A DNA stretch of 63,840 nt, filler included, from Octopus bimaculoides (lineage: Eukaryota), in assembly GCF_001194135.2 (NCBI RefSeq). It is 7 parts of 6 records of this genome, joined end to end, with 100 filler letters (N's around TTAATTAATTAA, not from the genome) between each part and the next. Parts side by side here need not be neighbours in the genome. Positions count along the whole stretch, not along the records: positions 43,230 to 61,967 come from NC_068983.1; positions 62,068 to 63,840 come from NW_026317737.1; 5 more parts are not named here. One strand, 5' to 3'. The notes under the pieces are model-generated. The model was not told the DNA's origin. It worked only from the letters and a program-made list of their open reading frames with translations, and made no database searches. This document shows, piece after piece, positions 53,947-63,840 of the stretch. A program made the position numbers and the translations under genes. Within the stretch, counting starts at the first letter, position 1. Every line of letters begins with the position of its first letter.

Positions 53947-54060
53947 TCCCACAATTACTTTCATCTTTTCCATTTGGACAATTTTTTGTTCCATCACATT
54001 TTCCAGTGTAAGGATAGCAGGTATTGTAGTATTTACAAGTATTCCAATACTCTTTACAAT
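53947..54060 (-). CDS. Internal coding exon encoding one LDL-receptor class A (LDLa) module
   Basis: Minus strand: pyrimidine tract ...TTTAATTTAAAG acceptor and GTAAGT donor. The exon is 114 nt, phase 1/1. It translates without stops as (D)CKEYWNTCKYYNTCYPYTGKCDGTKNCPNGKDESNCG, with six Cys and a CDGxxxCxxGxDE motif. The ORF track shows the wrong frame here. Confidence 0.88.
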
Positions 54061-54168
54061 CTTTAAATTAAAAAGAAAAACCAATATAATATCATTGACA
54101 GTATCAGTCAATCAATCAATCAATCAATCAATCAGTTTACCGGTTTGTCTTTTTATGCATACGTAACT

Positions 54169-54207
<39 letters not shown>

Positions 54208-54474
54208 CTTTTATGTTTTTTGTGTATATTGTTTTGTATGTATACTTTAAGAAAAATCTTTTTGCTATTTAAGCAACTACTAAAACATAAATTTTTCAGT
54301 CTGACAACGGCCACTTGAAGCACGAAACTCATATCAGAGTAACTCACTGTAAGCATTGTTATTAAGATTAAAATAAAAATTATCTATTAAAAAGAGGCCA
54401 CCTCTACTCATTCTTTCAAATATATATATAATACTGTACCAAGAACTTTCTCTTTATTGTTCTACTATATAATA

Positions 54475-54588
<114 letters not shown>

Positions 54589-54589
54589 A

Positions 54590-57500
54590 CAAATGTCTCC
54601 AAGGAAAAAATTTACAAAAGAAGTGCACTCTTCAGAGGTTATGCGCAACGCAGCAGCTGAGCAAGAGTCTTGGCGCAAAAGATTATGCAGCAGCTGACCT
54701 GGCTACACCAAGCACAAACAAGGAACCTTGCCCACCACTGCGCAAGACCACCACAATCAACAGACACGGGATGGCCTCCCCTAACGCCTGCACAGTCGTT
54801 ACGCTAATATTTTTACTAAATATCGGGAGCCTGTTGCATCATAATAAAAGCAAAATTTCTTTCCTGAGAGACCTTGCTGCATGCAATCAAGCCCTATGCA
54901 TAGCACTCATGGAAGCTCATCTCAGCCCTGATATAGAGGATGCAGAAGTACACTACCAAAATATGCCAAACTGCAAAAAGACAGAAGGGAAAGGAGCCAT
55001 AGTGAAGTTGCTGCATACATCCGTGACGACCTCACACTCCAGGTCTTACTGTCATGCTCAAATTCGGTATGTGACTCTCTATTTGTATACATAAGACAAC
55101 ATAATATAGTCATATGCAATACATATTGCCCATCTGATGCTCCAAACTACATAGGCAAGTTTCAAGATTGCCTCACAAGAATTAAAGAAATCCTCATGAA
55201 ACTGGAACACCACGTGACCATATTTCTAATGGGTGATTTCAACTTCCTCAACATCAAATGGACCAGTCTCATGTTCTCAGGAATGACTCATTGCAAGCAA
55301 GCACAGGTGGAGTCCCTATTCAACCTCACCAATGCCCTATTCATGGAGCAAGCTGTACTCAGACCAACTTGGGCGAACAACATTCTGGATCTCTGCTTCA
55401 CGAACAATATGGACATCGTTCATGATGTGAAAGTGACACCGACATTAGTCTCGGATCACAACATAATAGAGCTATGTTTGGGCCGAAAGTAACCAGAGAC
55501 ATACAGCCTAAAGGAAGCAGCCGAAATCTCTCCAATCTGAACTTCCGCGAAGCAGACTGGAAATCGATCCAGAAAGAGATTCTCAGACAGGACTAGCCAA
55601 AATGTCTCTCCACATCAGACATTGACATGAAACTAGAATGTTCCATGTCTGTTGTGCAAGCCATACACCAGAAATATGTCCAAGAGTACAAGGCCAAAAC
55701 AAATTGGAACAAGATTCCAAGGGAGAGTAAGATCCTCATGAGACGACGGACGAAGGTTGCAAATCGACTCAAAAAACATTCCAAAAGTAGCGAAAGGTCC
55801 CGCCTAAAAACAACACTATTGGAGATTGAAAAAAGGCTGTAACAATCCTATGTGAGGGAGAGATCAAACATGAATCCTGGGTTATAAAAAACATTAAGTC
55901 AAACCCAAAGACCTTTTATTACGCGAAAGAAACAGCCTCAGTACGCTGCAAGATAGAACCCCTCTTCCAAAAGGATGGCTCCCTCACAGACAGTCCAACT
56001 AGGATCAGTGAGGTACTGAATCACCAGTTCAAAGGTGTCTTTACCACGCCGTTGGAACACAGTCAAGTGAACGAACCAGTGGATTGCTTTGCCACCTCAC
56101 CTATAACTAGCGAGGCAGTTACGATGGAATACATCGACATTAGCGAATAAGATATACTACTAGCCATAGATGAGGTGGACGCAAACTCAACTGCTGGTCC
56201 TGATGATTTCCCAGCAATCCTCCTCAAATCGTGTAAGCATGCCCTGGCAAAACCACTCCAGATTCTCTTCCAGAGTTTTCTTGCAAATGGCAGACTGCGA
56301 GCAAGCTGAAGGAGGGAATAATATGCCCAATCCATAAAGGGGGAGGCAGAGCAGATGCCAAAAACTTATATAGGCTTATCTCTCTGACTTCATACACCAG
56401 CAAAGTTATGGAATGAATAGTCAGAGGGAAACTAATCGCATTCCTTGAAGAAAATAACTTGCTGAGTGATACCCAGCATGGCTTTCGACCAGGTAGGAGC
56501 TACCTGACCCAGCTCTTACAACATTATGACTGGGTGTTGAGGCAGTTACTCAACAACTCAAATGTGGATGTAATATACCTTGATTTTGTAAAAGCTTTCG
56601 ACAAAATGGATCATGTTATGATATGCCACAAACTGCGTGATCTCGGTATAGCTGGAAAACTTGGAGAGTGGTTACATGACGCTCTGAAAGGTAGAAGTCA
56701 GGCAGTAGTGGCTAATAGAGCCACCTCTATGAAAACACAAATAGTGAGGGGTGTTCCACAGGGTAACGTCTTGGGACCACTGCTTTTCATAGTGGCCCTC
56801 TCAGATATGCCCTCAAGTGACCGGATAGCCACCCTTGCAAGCTTGCAAGCTACGCAGACGATACGAAAGTCTCGCAGAAAATACAGAACCCCAGTGATGT
56901 CGCACACCTGCAGCAGGAGTTGGACTCAATTTACAGATGGGCTGAGGATAATAATACGCAGTTTAATGCTGAAAAGTTCTGAGCCCTTCGCTACTAGCGT
57001 CCAAGACTGAATATGAAACTTACAGGGTACACTGGTTCACAAGGAATTTCAATCCCAGAGCCTAAATCAGTGAGGGACCTGGGTATCGACATGAGTGATG
57101 ATGCCTCTTTCCAAGTGCACATTATCAGGAGGGCGACAAANNNNNNNNNNATGAGTGATGATGCCTCTTTCCAAGTGCACATTATCAGGAGGGCGACAAA
57201 GTGCAGACGACTGGCTGGATGGATCTTGAGAACATTCAGAACCAGAGATAAGTAAACCATGATAGTCCTCTGGAGGACATTCGTACTCAGCCGCCTGGAT
57301 TACTGCTCCTGGCTATGGTCACCCAACAGTGTAAAATTAACAGTGGACCTTGAAGCAATCCAGAGAAGATTCGCAAAGAAGATCGTCTTTTTGCAACTGC
57401 TCAGCTACTGGGAACGGCTGAAACAACTAAGACTCTACTCCCTGGAGAGAATGCGGGAGAGGTATGCAGTAATATACATCTGGAAGATCCTGGAAGGAAT

Positions 57501-57865
57501 TGTGCCAAATTTTGGCATTGAAAGCTACACCAATGCCAGAACGGGACAATACTGCATGGTGCCAAAGATCCCAGCAACGCCATCGCGCTTCAGGACCAGT
57601 TACTGCAACAGCCTGGGTTTCAGGAGCCCACAGCTTTTTAATATTCCCCCGAAGAGCCTGAGGAACCTGCACAAAGTAGATGTAGGCGTTTTTAAATTAA
57701 AGCTGGACCTCTTCCTGTCTAGAGTCCCAGATGAACCTACCTCACGGCAAGGGGTGCAAATGAGAATAGCTACATCAAACTCCATTCTTCACCAAGTGCG
57801 ACATATTGGAGGAGGCTCTCAGTAATAACAGTGTAGCAAAACGGCGGTGCATCAGCATGGCCACA
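54590..57865 (+). mobile_element. Decayed CR1-clade LINE, near-complete ORF2 (AP endonuclease + reverse transcriptase) and 3' tail
   Basis: Endonuclease motifs LMGDFN, NILDLCFTN and SDHN; RT motifs QHGFRPGRS, YLDFxKAFD, GVPQGxVLGPLLF and YADD (GCTACGCAGACGAT, out of frame with the listed ORF); C-terminal YSLERxRER. Many stops and frameshifts. Ends in GGCGGTGCATCAGCATGGCCACAG. Confidence 0.93.
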
Positions 57866-58116
57866 GCTGTATTTTCTGCGAGATTTCGTTCAAATTGTAT
57901 TTAAAACAATGATAATTTATGTAAGCTGGTTTTTGTATATAATATACATGTTAGCATATATTATAATGGATGAAGGGATGATTATTGAATGCTTATTATT
58001 TTGATATTTTGATATTTTTAATAATAATTTTTCTATCTTTATAAATAAGTATTTCATATAAATTCATTTGGTACTTATTGTTGGTTGAGATATATATATC
58101 TATTTATTTTAATTAT

Positions 58117-58272
58117 TGACCTGAAGATTAACTATATTTTTGAATAGAATTTATTTTCGATAATTTCAATTGATTTTAATTGATTTTAATTGATTTTAGT
58201 TGATTTTAATTGATTTTAATCGATTTAAATTTCCTTTCTATTCGAAAATTAGTTATGAAACACGTGTAGTCA
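58117..58272 (+). ncRNA. Type I hammerhead motif with long stem II carrying a tandem-repeat loop
   Basis: TGAC-CTGAAGA-T-TAACTA..TTTTTGAATAGAA [loop with (TTGATTTTAA) about 6x] TTCTATTCGAAAA.TAGTTA-T-GAAA-CACGTG-TA-GTCA. Helix III is the palindrome ACACGTGT; predicted cleavage is after A58268. Confidence 0.68.
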
Positions 58273-58616
58273 TTTTATTATCTTTATCTTATGATATTCA
58301 CTTTGTTTTATATTATACTCATTTATTGTGCTTTTAATTGCTAATTTTTCTATATGTGATAGTGGATTTTCATCGATGAGTTCTTGAAACTTGGTTATTT
58401 TCCCTAAAACTATATATTTTATCTATAAAGCTCAATTTAATTTTGATTTTTTATAAATTGATTTTAATTGAGTTTTTACCTGTAATTTTGGATTTTGTCC
58501 CTAATATTATTATATATATATATAGATGTATGTAAAAGGTTGAAGAGGAACACATGGGTAGATATATATGGAAAAAAGACAAAGTAGAAAATGCTAAAAT
58601 ACTTTTATAAAGAACA

Positions 58617-58658
58617 TTACAGAACCGGTTTCGATCCTTGAGATCTTTTCAACAGTAA
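58617..58658 (-). ncRNA. Compact type I hammerhead motif with U3-A8 core variant
   Basis: Minus strand TTACTG-TTGAAAA-GATCtcaagGATC-GAAA-CCGG-TT-CTGTAA. Stem II is 4 bp with G10.1-C11.1, helix III is the palindrome ACCGGT, and helix I has 5 of 6 pairs. Confidence 0.6.
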
Positions 58659-58782
58659 ATATGAATAATATATTTTTGAAAAATTATTGAAAAATTAAAT
58701 TTTGGTAAATTTAAAAGAAAAGTCTTTTTAAAGACATATTTGTATAGTATTCAAGTAACAGCGGCATTTTTCTTGATTCTGC

Positions 58783-58852
58783 CTGTCTCTGTCTCACTTG
58801 TTAACTCTTGTGGGTTCGAACCCACAAGAGTTAACAAGTGAGACAGAGACAG
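58783..58852. repeat. Perfect 70-bp palindrome (35-bp arms, no spacer)
   Basis: CTGTCTCTGTCTCACTTGTTAACTCTTGTGGGTTC|GAACCCACAAGAGTTAACAAGTGAGACAGAGACAG, checked base by base. Confidence 0.97.
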
Positions 58853-58971
58853 AGAATTATGTAAGTCACTAAAACGTAAGACTATTGAATTAACGAACAT
58901 TTTTCCTTTTTCTTTTCCTTTCCTTCTATTTTCCTTTCTATTTTTCCTTCTCTTTATCTTTGCCATATAAT

Positions 58972-59051
58972 TGTTCTGAAGAAGGTTATCAATTGCAACT
59001 AAGTACATGCAAATTTACCCCCATTTTCATAAATAGAAACAGCTGTAAACA
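58972..59051 (+). ncRNA. Type I hammerhead-like motif, intact core, irregular stem II
   Basis: TGTT-CTGAAGA-[53 nt]-GAAA-CAGCTG-TA-AACA. Helix III ACAGCTGT is the same as in the 22.1 kb motif. Predicted cleavage is after A59047. The base of stem II is mismatched. Confidence 0.55.
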
Positions 59052-59250
59052 TACTCTTATTTTAATTAAATAACGACTTTAAATCACCAATGAACGACCT
59101 CTCATTGTTAATTATTGCTCCATTTCTTATCCTCTCTTTCTCTCTCTCTCTCTCTCTCGATACACACACACACACAAATACATACATACATACATATATA
59201 TNNNNNNNNNNNNNNNNNNNNNNNNNNNNNNNNNNNNNNNNNNNNNNNNN

Positions 59251-59298
<48 letters not shown>

Positions 59299-60364
59299 TG
59301 TATGTATATATTTCAAACAATTATAAAGAATACCGAGACTGGCTTATCAACAACAATTTTTCCTTTTAATTTTACAGTTGATCGTAGTGCATCATTATTT
59401 GATTACAACGACTGACACGTGTTCCTGCTGCACATAGCGTATACAATTACACATGCAACCCAGCATAATCTCCTGTGCACCTTTATCCAGGGTCCCCAAA
59501 GCAAGCATTGTTCGATGCGAACTAAGCTAATTCGTTTACATATGGTTAGTTTAAGATACTAAGTGAAGTGATGGGAGATGTTTTGAAATCTGATATTGCT
59601 ATAAGATTTACATTTAGTGTCACCTCTACTTAACACCAGTACTGAGCAGGAAGCGGACGTTTGATTTATGCTGAATTAGGTCAAATCGTATCTAGGCAGC
59701 GTAAAATGCTTGCTATAGGGTTAAAGGAGAGTGAAAAGAATTACGTCGATTGGGTTCCATCAATATATCTTATAGCTGTGCACTTTATATAAGTGTTACT
59801 CATATATTTCCATACCTTCATGTGTCACCATGATTTTAATCTAGTGATAATCGAGATATTAAATCGAGAGTTAGGCCAAATAATGTCACGACATACACCT
59901 AGATTATCCCCTACTCCTTTGTATAAAATACAAACTTATTCGATATCTGCTTGAAAATGTTTAAAGGTTTTTCTGTGCATGTGTAAATATCTCAGGACCT
60001 GTTCTGAGTAATTTAATGCTTGTATGTAAAAATCTGGGACATTGCTTCAATGCACAAATGATATCTTTCCCCCTCTTCTATATGGAGTAGCTGTACTACT
60101 TTTATCCCATTTTATTCTAAAGTTAGCATTCTTGTTTATGAGGGACTAGATTAACTTGCTCAACCTCGTGCTATTTATCTTATTTCTATACTTAGGGATC
60201 ATTGACACTTGGTACTACTTGGTGTAACATGGAATTCAACCGAGAGCTTCTACGGTACCCGCCTGGATAATTTTATCCTTATACACATGCATTATATATA
60301 TGCATTTATACGATTGAGTGTGCACATACAGCAGCTTGCAAATTATTTAAGAGGGAAAAGGGGT

Positions 60365-60822
60365 ACAATAGGCATCAGATGCTGTGAGCAAGCGGGACGA
60401 TTGTGCTGGCACAGTAATGTGATGCATAAAGAAGTGCCGATCTCTAATTGTGGAGGGAGCCTGTGGAAAGAGTAAACCCGGAAATATGTGGGACGAAGTA
60501 ATGAGAAAGGATTCCCAGATGCTGGTCCTCGCTGAAGAGATAACAAGGGACGAGGATTTGTGGCGATTTGCTGTACTCGAGAAGACATGTCAAGTTAAGT
60601 AAAATCGCTATTATCCATACATACAGGCATGTCATTTACAGGTACCAGTGCCACGTAAAATGCACACCTACCAGTGTTACGCAAATTCTCCATAAAGTGG
60701 TGTTAAGAAGGGCATCCAGTTATAGAAAATATACCAAAACAAATAATTGCAGTCTGAACAGTTCTCCGGTTCGCCAGATTCTGCCAAACTGTCTATCCCA
60801 TGCCAGCTTGGAAAACAGACGT

Positions 60823-60830
<8 letters not shown>
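60365..60830 (+). mobile_element. RTE-clade LINE 3' end (ORF C-terminus and 3' UTR)
   Basis: GIRCCEQAGRLCWHSNVMH ... CRSLIVEGACGKSKPGNMWDEVMRKDSQMLVLAEEITRDEDLWRFAVLEKT is an RTE-like C-terminus. It is followed by a UTR ending CCATGCCAGCTTGGAAAACAGACGTAAAAT and a (TA)n run. Confidence 0.72.
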
Positions 60831-60884
<54 letters not shown>

Positions 60885-60901
60885 ATATATATATATGTGT
60901 G

Positions 60902-60941
<40 letters not shown>

Positions 60942-61079
60942 CCAAGAGAGTTAGGAGTTGAGGATCCAACCCACTAAGGGATAATATATATCCAATATAC
61001 TGCTGGGAGGGTACCCAATTATTGTTACACTAGTGTTATACCAAGTGCAATATGTGGGTGCGGGTAAAGGGGGTTTTTT

Positions 61080-61370
61080 ACCCTAAATTTGCCAATCCGC
61101 TAAGTTACGGACAAGTACAAAATCCCCCGCCGGTTGTCCAAAGGTGTTAGGGGAACACACACACATACACACACACACGCACGCACATACACGCACACAC
61201 ACACAATCGACAAGCTTCAACAACCTTTTCGTCTACCAAATTCACTCACAAGGTATTGGTCGACCCGAAGCAATGCCAGAAGACACTTGTCCAGGTGTCG
61301 TGCCGTTGGATTAAAACCAAAATCACGTGGCTGCAAAGTGAACGTTTTGACCACTCAACTATGCCTGGGC
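61080..61370 (-). mobile_element. Family A SINE, diverged
   Basis: CCGCTAAGTTACGG...CGTCTACCAAATTCACTCACAAGGTATTGGTCGACCCG...AGAAGACACTTGTCCAGGTG. Confidence 0.68.
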
Positions 61371-62136
61371 CTAAATTCTCTGTAGAGTAACCTAAGCGAT
61401 AGACTACAATTACAATATTTAGGAGAATAATCAATGATATGTCGATGGGCAATACCTTCTAGAACTGTTGCTCCTGAATAAATATTTGGCCAAAGAACAC
61501 TGATTTGTATAATAAAATATCATTAGGACACCTTCTGTGAGAGAGTGGGACGAATGGAGGATTAAAGGCTATATACTAACTAATTTTTTCGGTTAATTTT
61601 CCCCGCAGGCATATTGTTGTGTAATTAAGCAATATACTATCTGTTGGAAATATATGTCAATAAATCTGGATGCAACAACATAGATGATTTATTTCCCACC
61701 TGAGAGAGGAAATAAGCACTGGTTGTATTTAGAGCTTAACGTTTGGAAAATTAGCATATCAAACACGCCTCACTGCATCTTGTTCTTTACCTCTGTATTT
61801 TAAGTTCACTTATAAGCAAAAATGATTTTCGTTTTCATCAAAGAAATACATATCAATATAATTTGATTCCCTTAGTTACATCCTGCATGAATGAAAATTA
61901 TCTCTCTTTTAGTGAAAGGGAATAAATAGTTGGAGAAAGATTGTCGAATTTTTATTGCTTTCAACTGNNNNNNNNNNNNNNNNNNNNNNNNNNNNNNNNN
62001 NNNNNNNNNNNTTAATTAATTAANNNNNNNNNNNNNNNNNNNNNNNNNNNNNNNNNNNNNNNNNNNNCACATGTACACAAACAAATATTCATATATATGG
62101 TACATGCATTACATAAATGTGTGTTTATTTGTGTGG

Positions 62137-62198
<62 letters not shown>

Positions 62199-62959
62199 CT
62201 ATCTGTCTGTCAACATACACAGATATATAGGCGGTGAGCTGGCAAAATAGTTCGCTCGCCGGGAAAAATGCTTAGCGGAATTTCGTCCGTCTTCATATTG
62301 TGAGTTCAAATTCCGCTGAGGTCTACATTGCTTTTCATCCTTTCCGCGTCGATAAAATAAGTACCAATTGAGCACTGGGGTCGACGTAATGGACTTGCCC
62401 CCTCCCTGGCAATTACTGGACATATGTCAAAATTTGAAATCAATATATAATACCCAGTGGCAGCGAGCGGGCAAGATGGTTAGCATGCTGGCAAGACGGT
62501 TAGCATGCTGGCAAGATGGTTAGCATGCTGGGCAAAATGACTGACGGCATTTCTTTCGTCTTTACCATCTGAGTTCAAACGCTGCCGGGATTGACTTTGT
62601 CTTTCACCCTTTCAGGGTCAATAACATAATTACCAGTTGAACACTGGAGTCGATGAAATCGAGAATCCCCTTCCACCGAAGTTGTGGGCTTGTGCCAAAA
62701 TTTGAAACCAATATATACATGTGTTTGTGTTTTTATGTGTAGATTATTTGTGTATGTAAATCTCGACTCATCTTTTTCACCCGCTGGAAGTGTTATGGGG
62801 TAGAATCCTTGAGCCCATCTTTCATCGGATTCCGTCAGAAGCTGCCTTGTCCAGTAGAACCTGCTGGAACTCCCAAAGAGACCAACCGTGCCCATGGATG
62901 TTATCCAAGCAACCTCCTCATGGTCTACTCCTGGGATTCCTTACGTTTTCATATTTTGA

Positions 62960-63110
62960 TGTCCAGGCTACGCACTCAACAGAGTAACGTAACTCTAAAA
63001 ACTATTCGGAAGAACCCCATTGCGGCTGTTTGTATCTGCGATCGTATTCTTTCTGTTATTACCCATGAGGATCAAAACTGCTCCCGCTTATTCTACTTCT
63101 TCCATTTTCT
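62960..63110 (-). mobile_element. RTE-type LINE RT C-terminal remnant
   Basis: Minus translation SWVITERIRSQIQTAAMGFFRIVFRVTLL resembles the RTE pattern SWVMTERIRSRIQAAEMGFLRRV. Confidence 0.55.
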
Positions 63111-63840
63111 TGAAGCTACAAAAACGGAGATCTTACATTGCCGTTAATATTTATTACACCGAGCACCACAAGATTTTGCCGTCTTTGATTATAGGAGGTA
63201 TTCACTTATTTATAATCAAGAATGATCGTGACAATAATTGATTACAGAGCATCTCTAAAAACGATGAAGTCACATGATGGTGTGCTGAGAACTGCGACTA
63301 CTGCTCTCCATATATTTGTTACGGCTGTTGCGGTATAAGAAGGAGTTGCGCACTTCTTCTTATATCTCAAGGTTATCTCAAAATATAAGTTGGAGCTGTG
63401 CGTTAAGAAACTGCACCCTCTGGTGTCTCACCACCCTGTGGCAAGTGAAAGTTTTGCAACCATTCTCTTTCTATGAGAGTGCAAAAGATTGTTAATGTTG
63501 TTAATATCTGTCCGGAGCGCAATGTACCTTGTAACTCGTTGTGTATAGATGTTTGTCAGATGTTTGTCGTGCACCATCTCTTGTAATCCAGATGGAGGGT
63601 ATGATTTCATTTTTACTTTGACGCCTGGTTTGTGTTTATCCCGCGCACATTATCACGTGCAAACTGCACTGGGACCCAATGTATTTTTGTTAATAGAAGT
63701 ATTTATATTGAATCAGTTTGCTGTATCTTCTATAAGGGGAGAAATAAATGTAGCCATCAACTTTAACCTGTTCCTTCGTATTCCTTCATGCTCCTTATCA
63801 TGCCTCGTTAAAATCAGATTATAATAAAACCAGGGCCGTA

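Noticed and set aside
46032-54060. Naming the LDLa gene (GRL101, LRP2, etc.)
   Set aside because: Two LDLa modules alone do not discriminate between families, and no LRR, 7TM, YWTD or protease exon was found.
57091-57200. Exact 50-bp tandem duplication inside the CR1 RT
   Set aside because: Same 10-N overlap artefact.
58169-58228. Regularly spaced short repeats here and at 31845, 49025 and 62470 as possible CRISPR arrays
   Set aside because: They are head-to-tail tandem repeats with no unique spacers, no cas genes, and a eukaryotic context.
59379-59545. Strong plus-strand acceptor followed by exon-like sequence
   Set aside because: All three frames hit stops within 60 nt, and there is no other support.

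Overview
Eukaryotic, AT-rich, repeat-dense draft-assembly DNA. It is most likely a coleoid cephalopod such as Octopus; this is inferred from the SINE/LINE repertoire and microsatellite load and was not verified by search. The window is probably not one locus. Six identical 100-nt spacers (44 N + TTAATTAATTAA + 44 N, a six-frame stop linker) split it into seven segments (1-13849, 13950-23025, 23126-31417, 31518-38358, 38459-43129, 43230-61967, 62068-63840), so neighbourhoods across linkers should not be trusted. Almost all listed ORFs are artefacts of microsatellites and N gaps. Host-gene signal I can support: two symmetric phase-1 minus-strand exons (53947-54060, 46032-46163), each encoding one LDL-receptor class A module, from an unidentified multi-exon secreted or membrane protein gene. 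The rest is decayed mobile DNA: a near-complete CR1-type ORF2 plus CR1 3' fragments, RTE LINE fragments, four Tc1/mariner families (DD34D, DD34E, maT-like, DD41D), many tRNA-headed SINEs, MITE/foldback elements and possible Helitron ends. The most interesting signal outside the ORF track is five minimal type I hammerhead-ribozyme-like motifs of the Penelope-like-element kind (22116-22193, 41686-41780, 58117-58272, 58617-58658, 58972-59051). Three sit within 1 kb around a perfect 70-bp palindrome, and one carries a compensatory U3-A8 core instead of C3-G8. Cleavage activity is untested. I found no CRISPR array, rRNA or intact tRNA gene.
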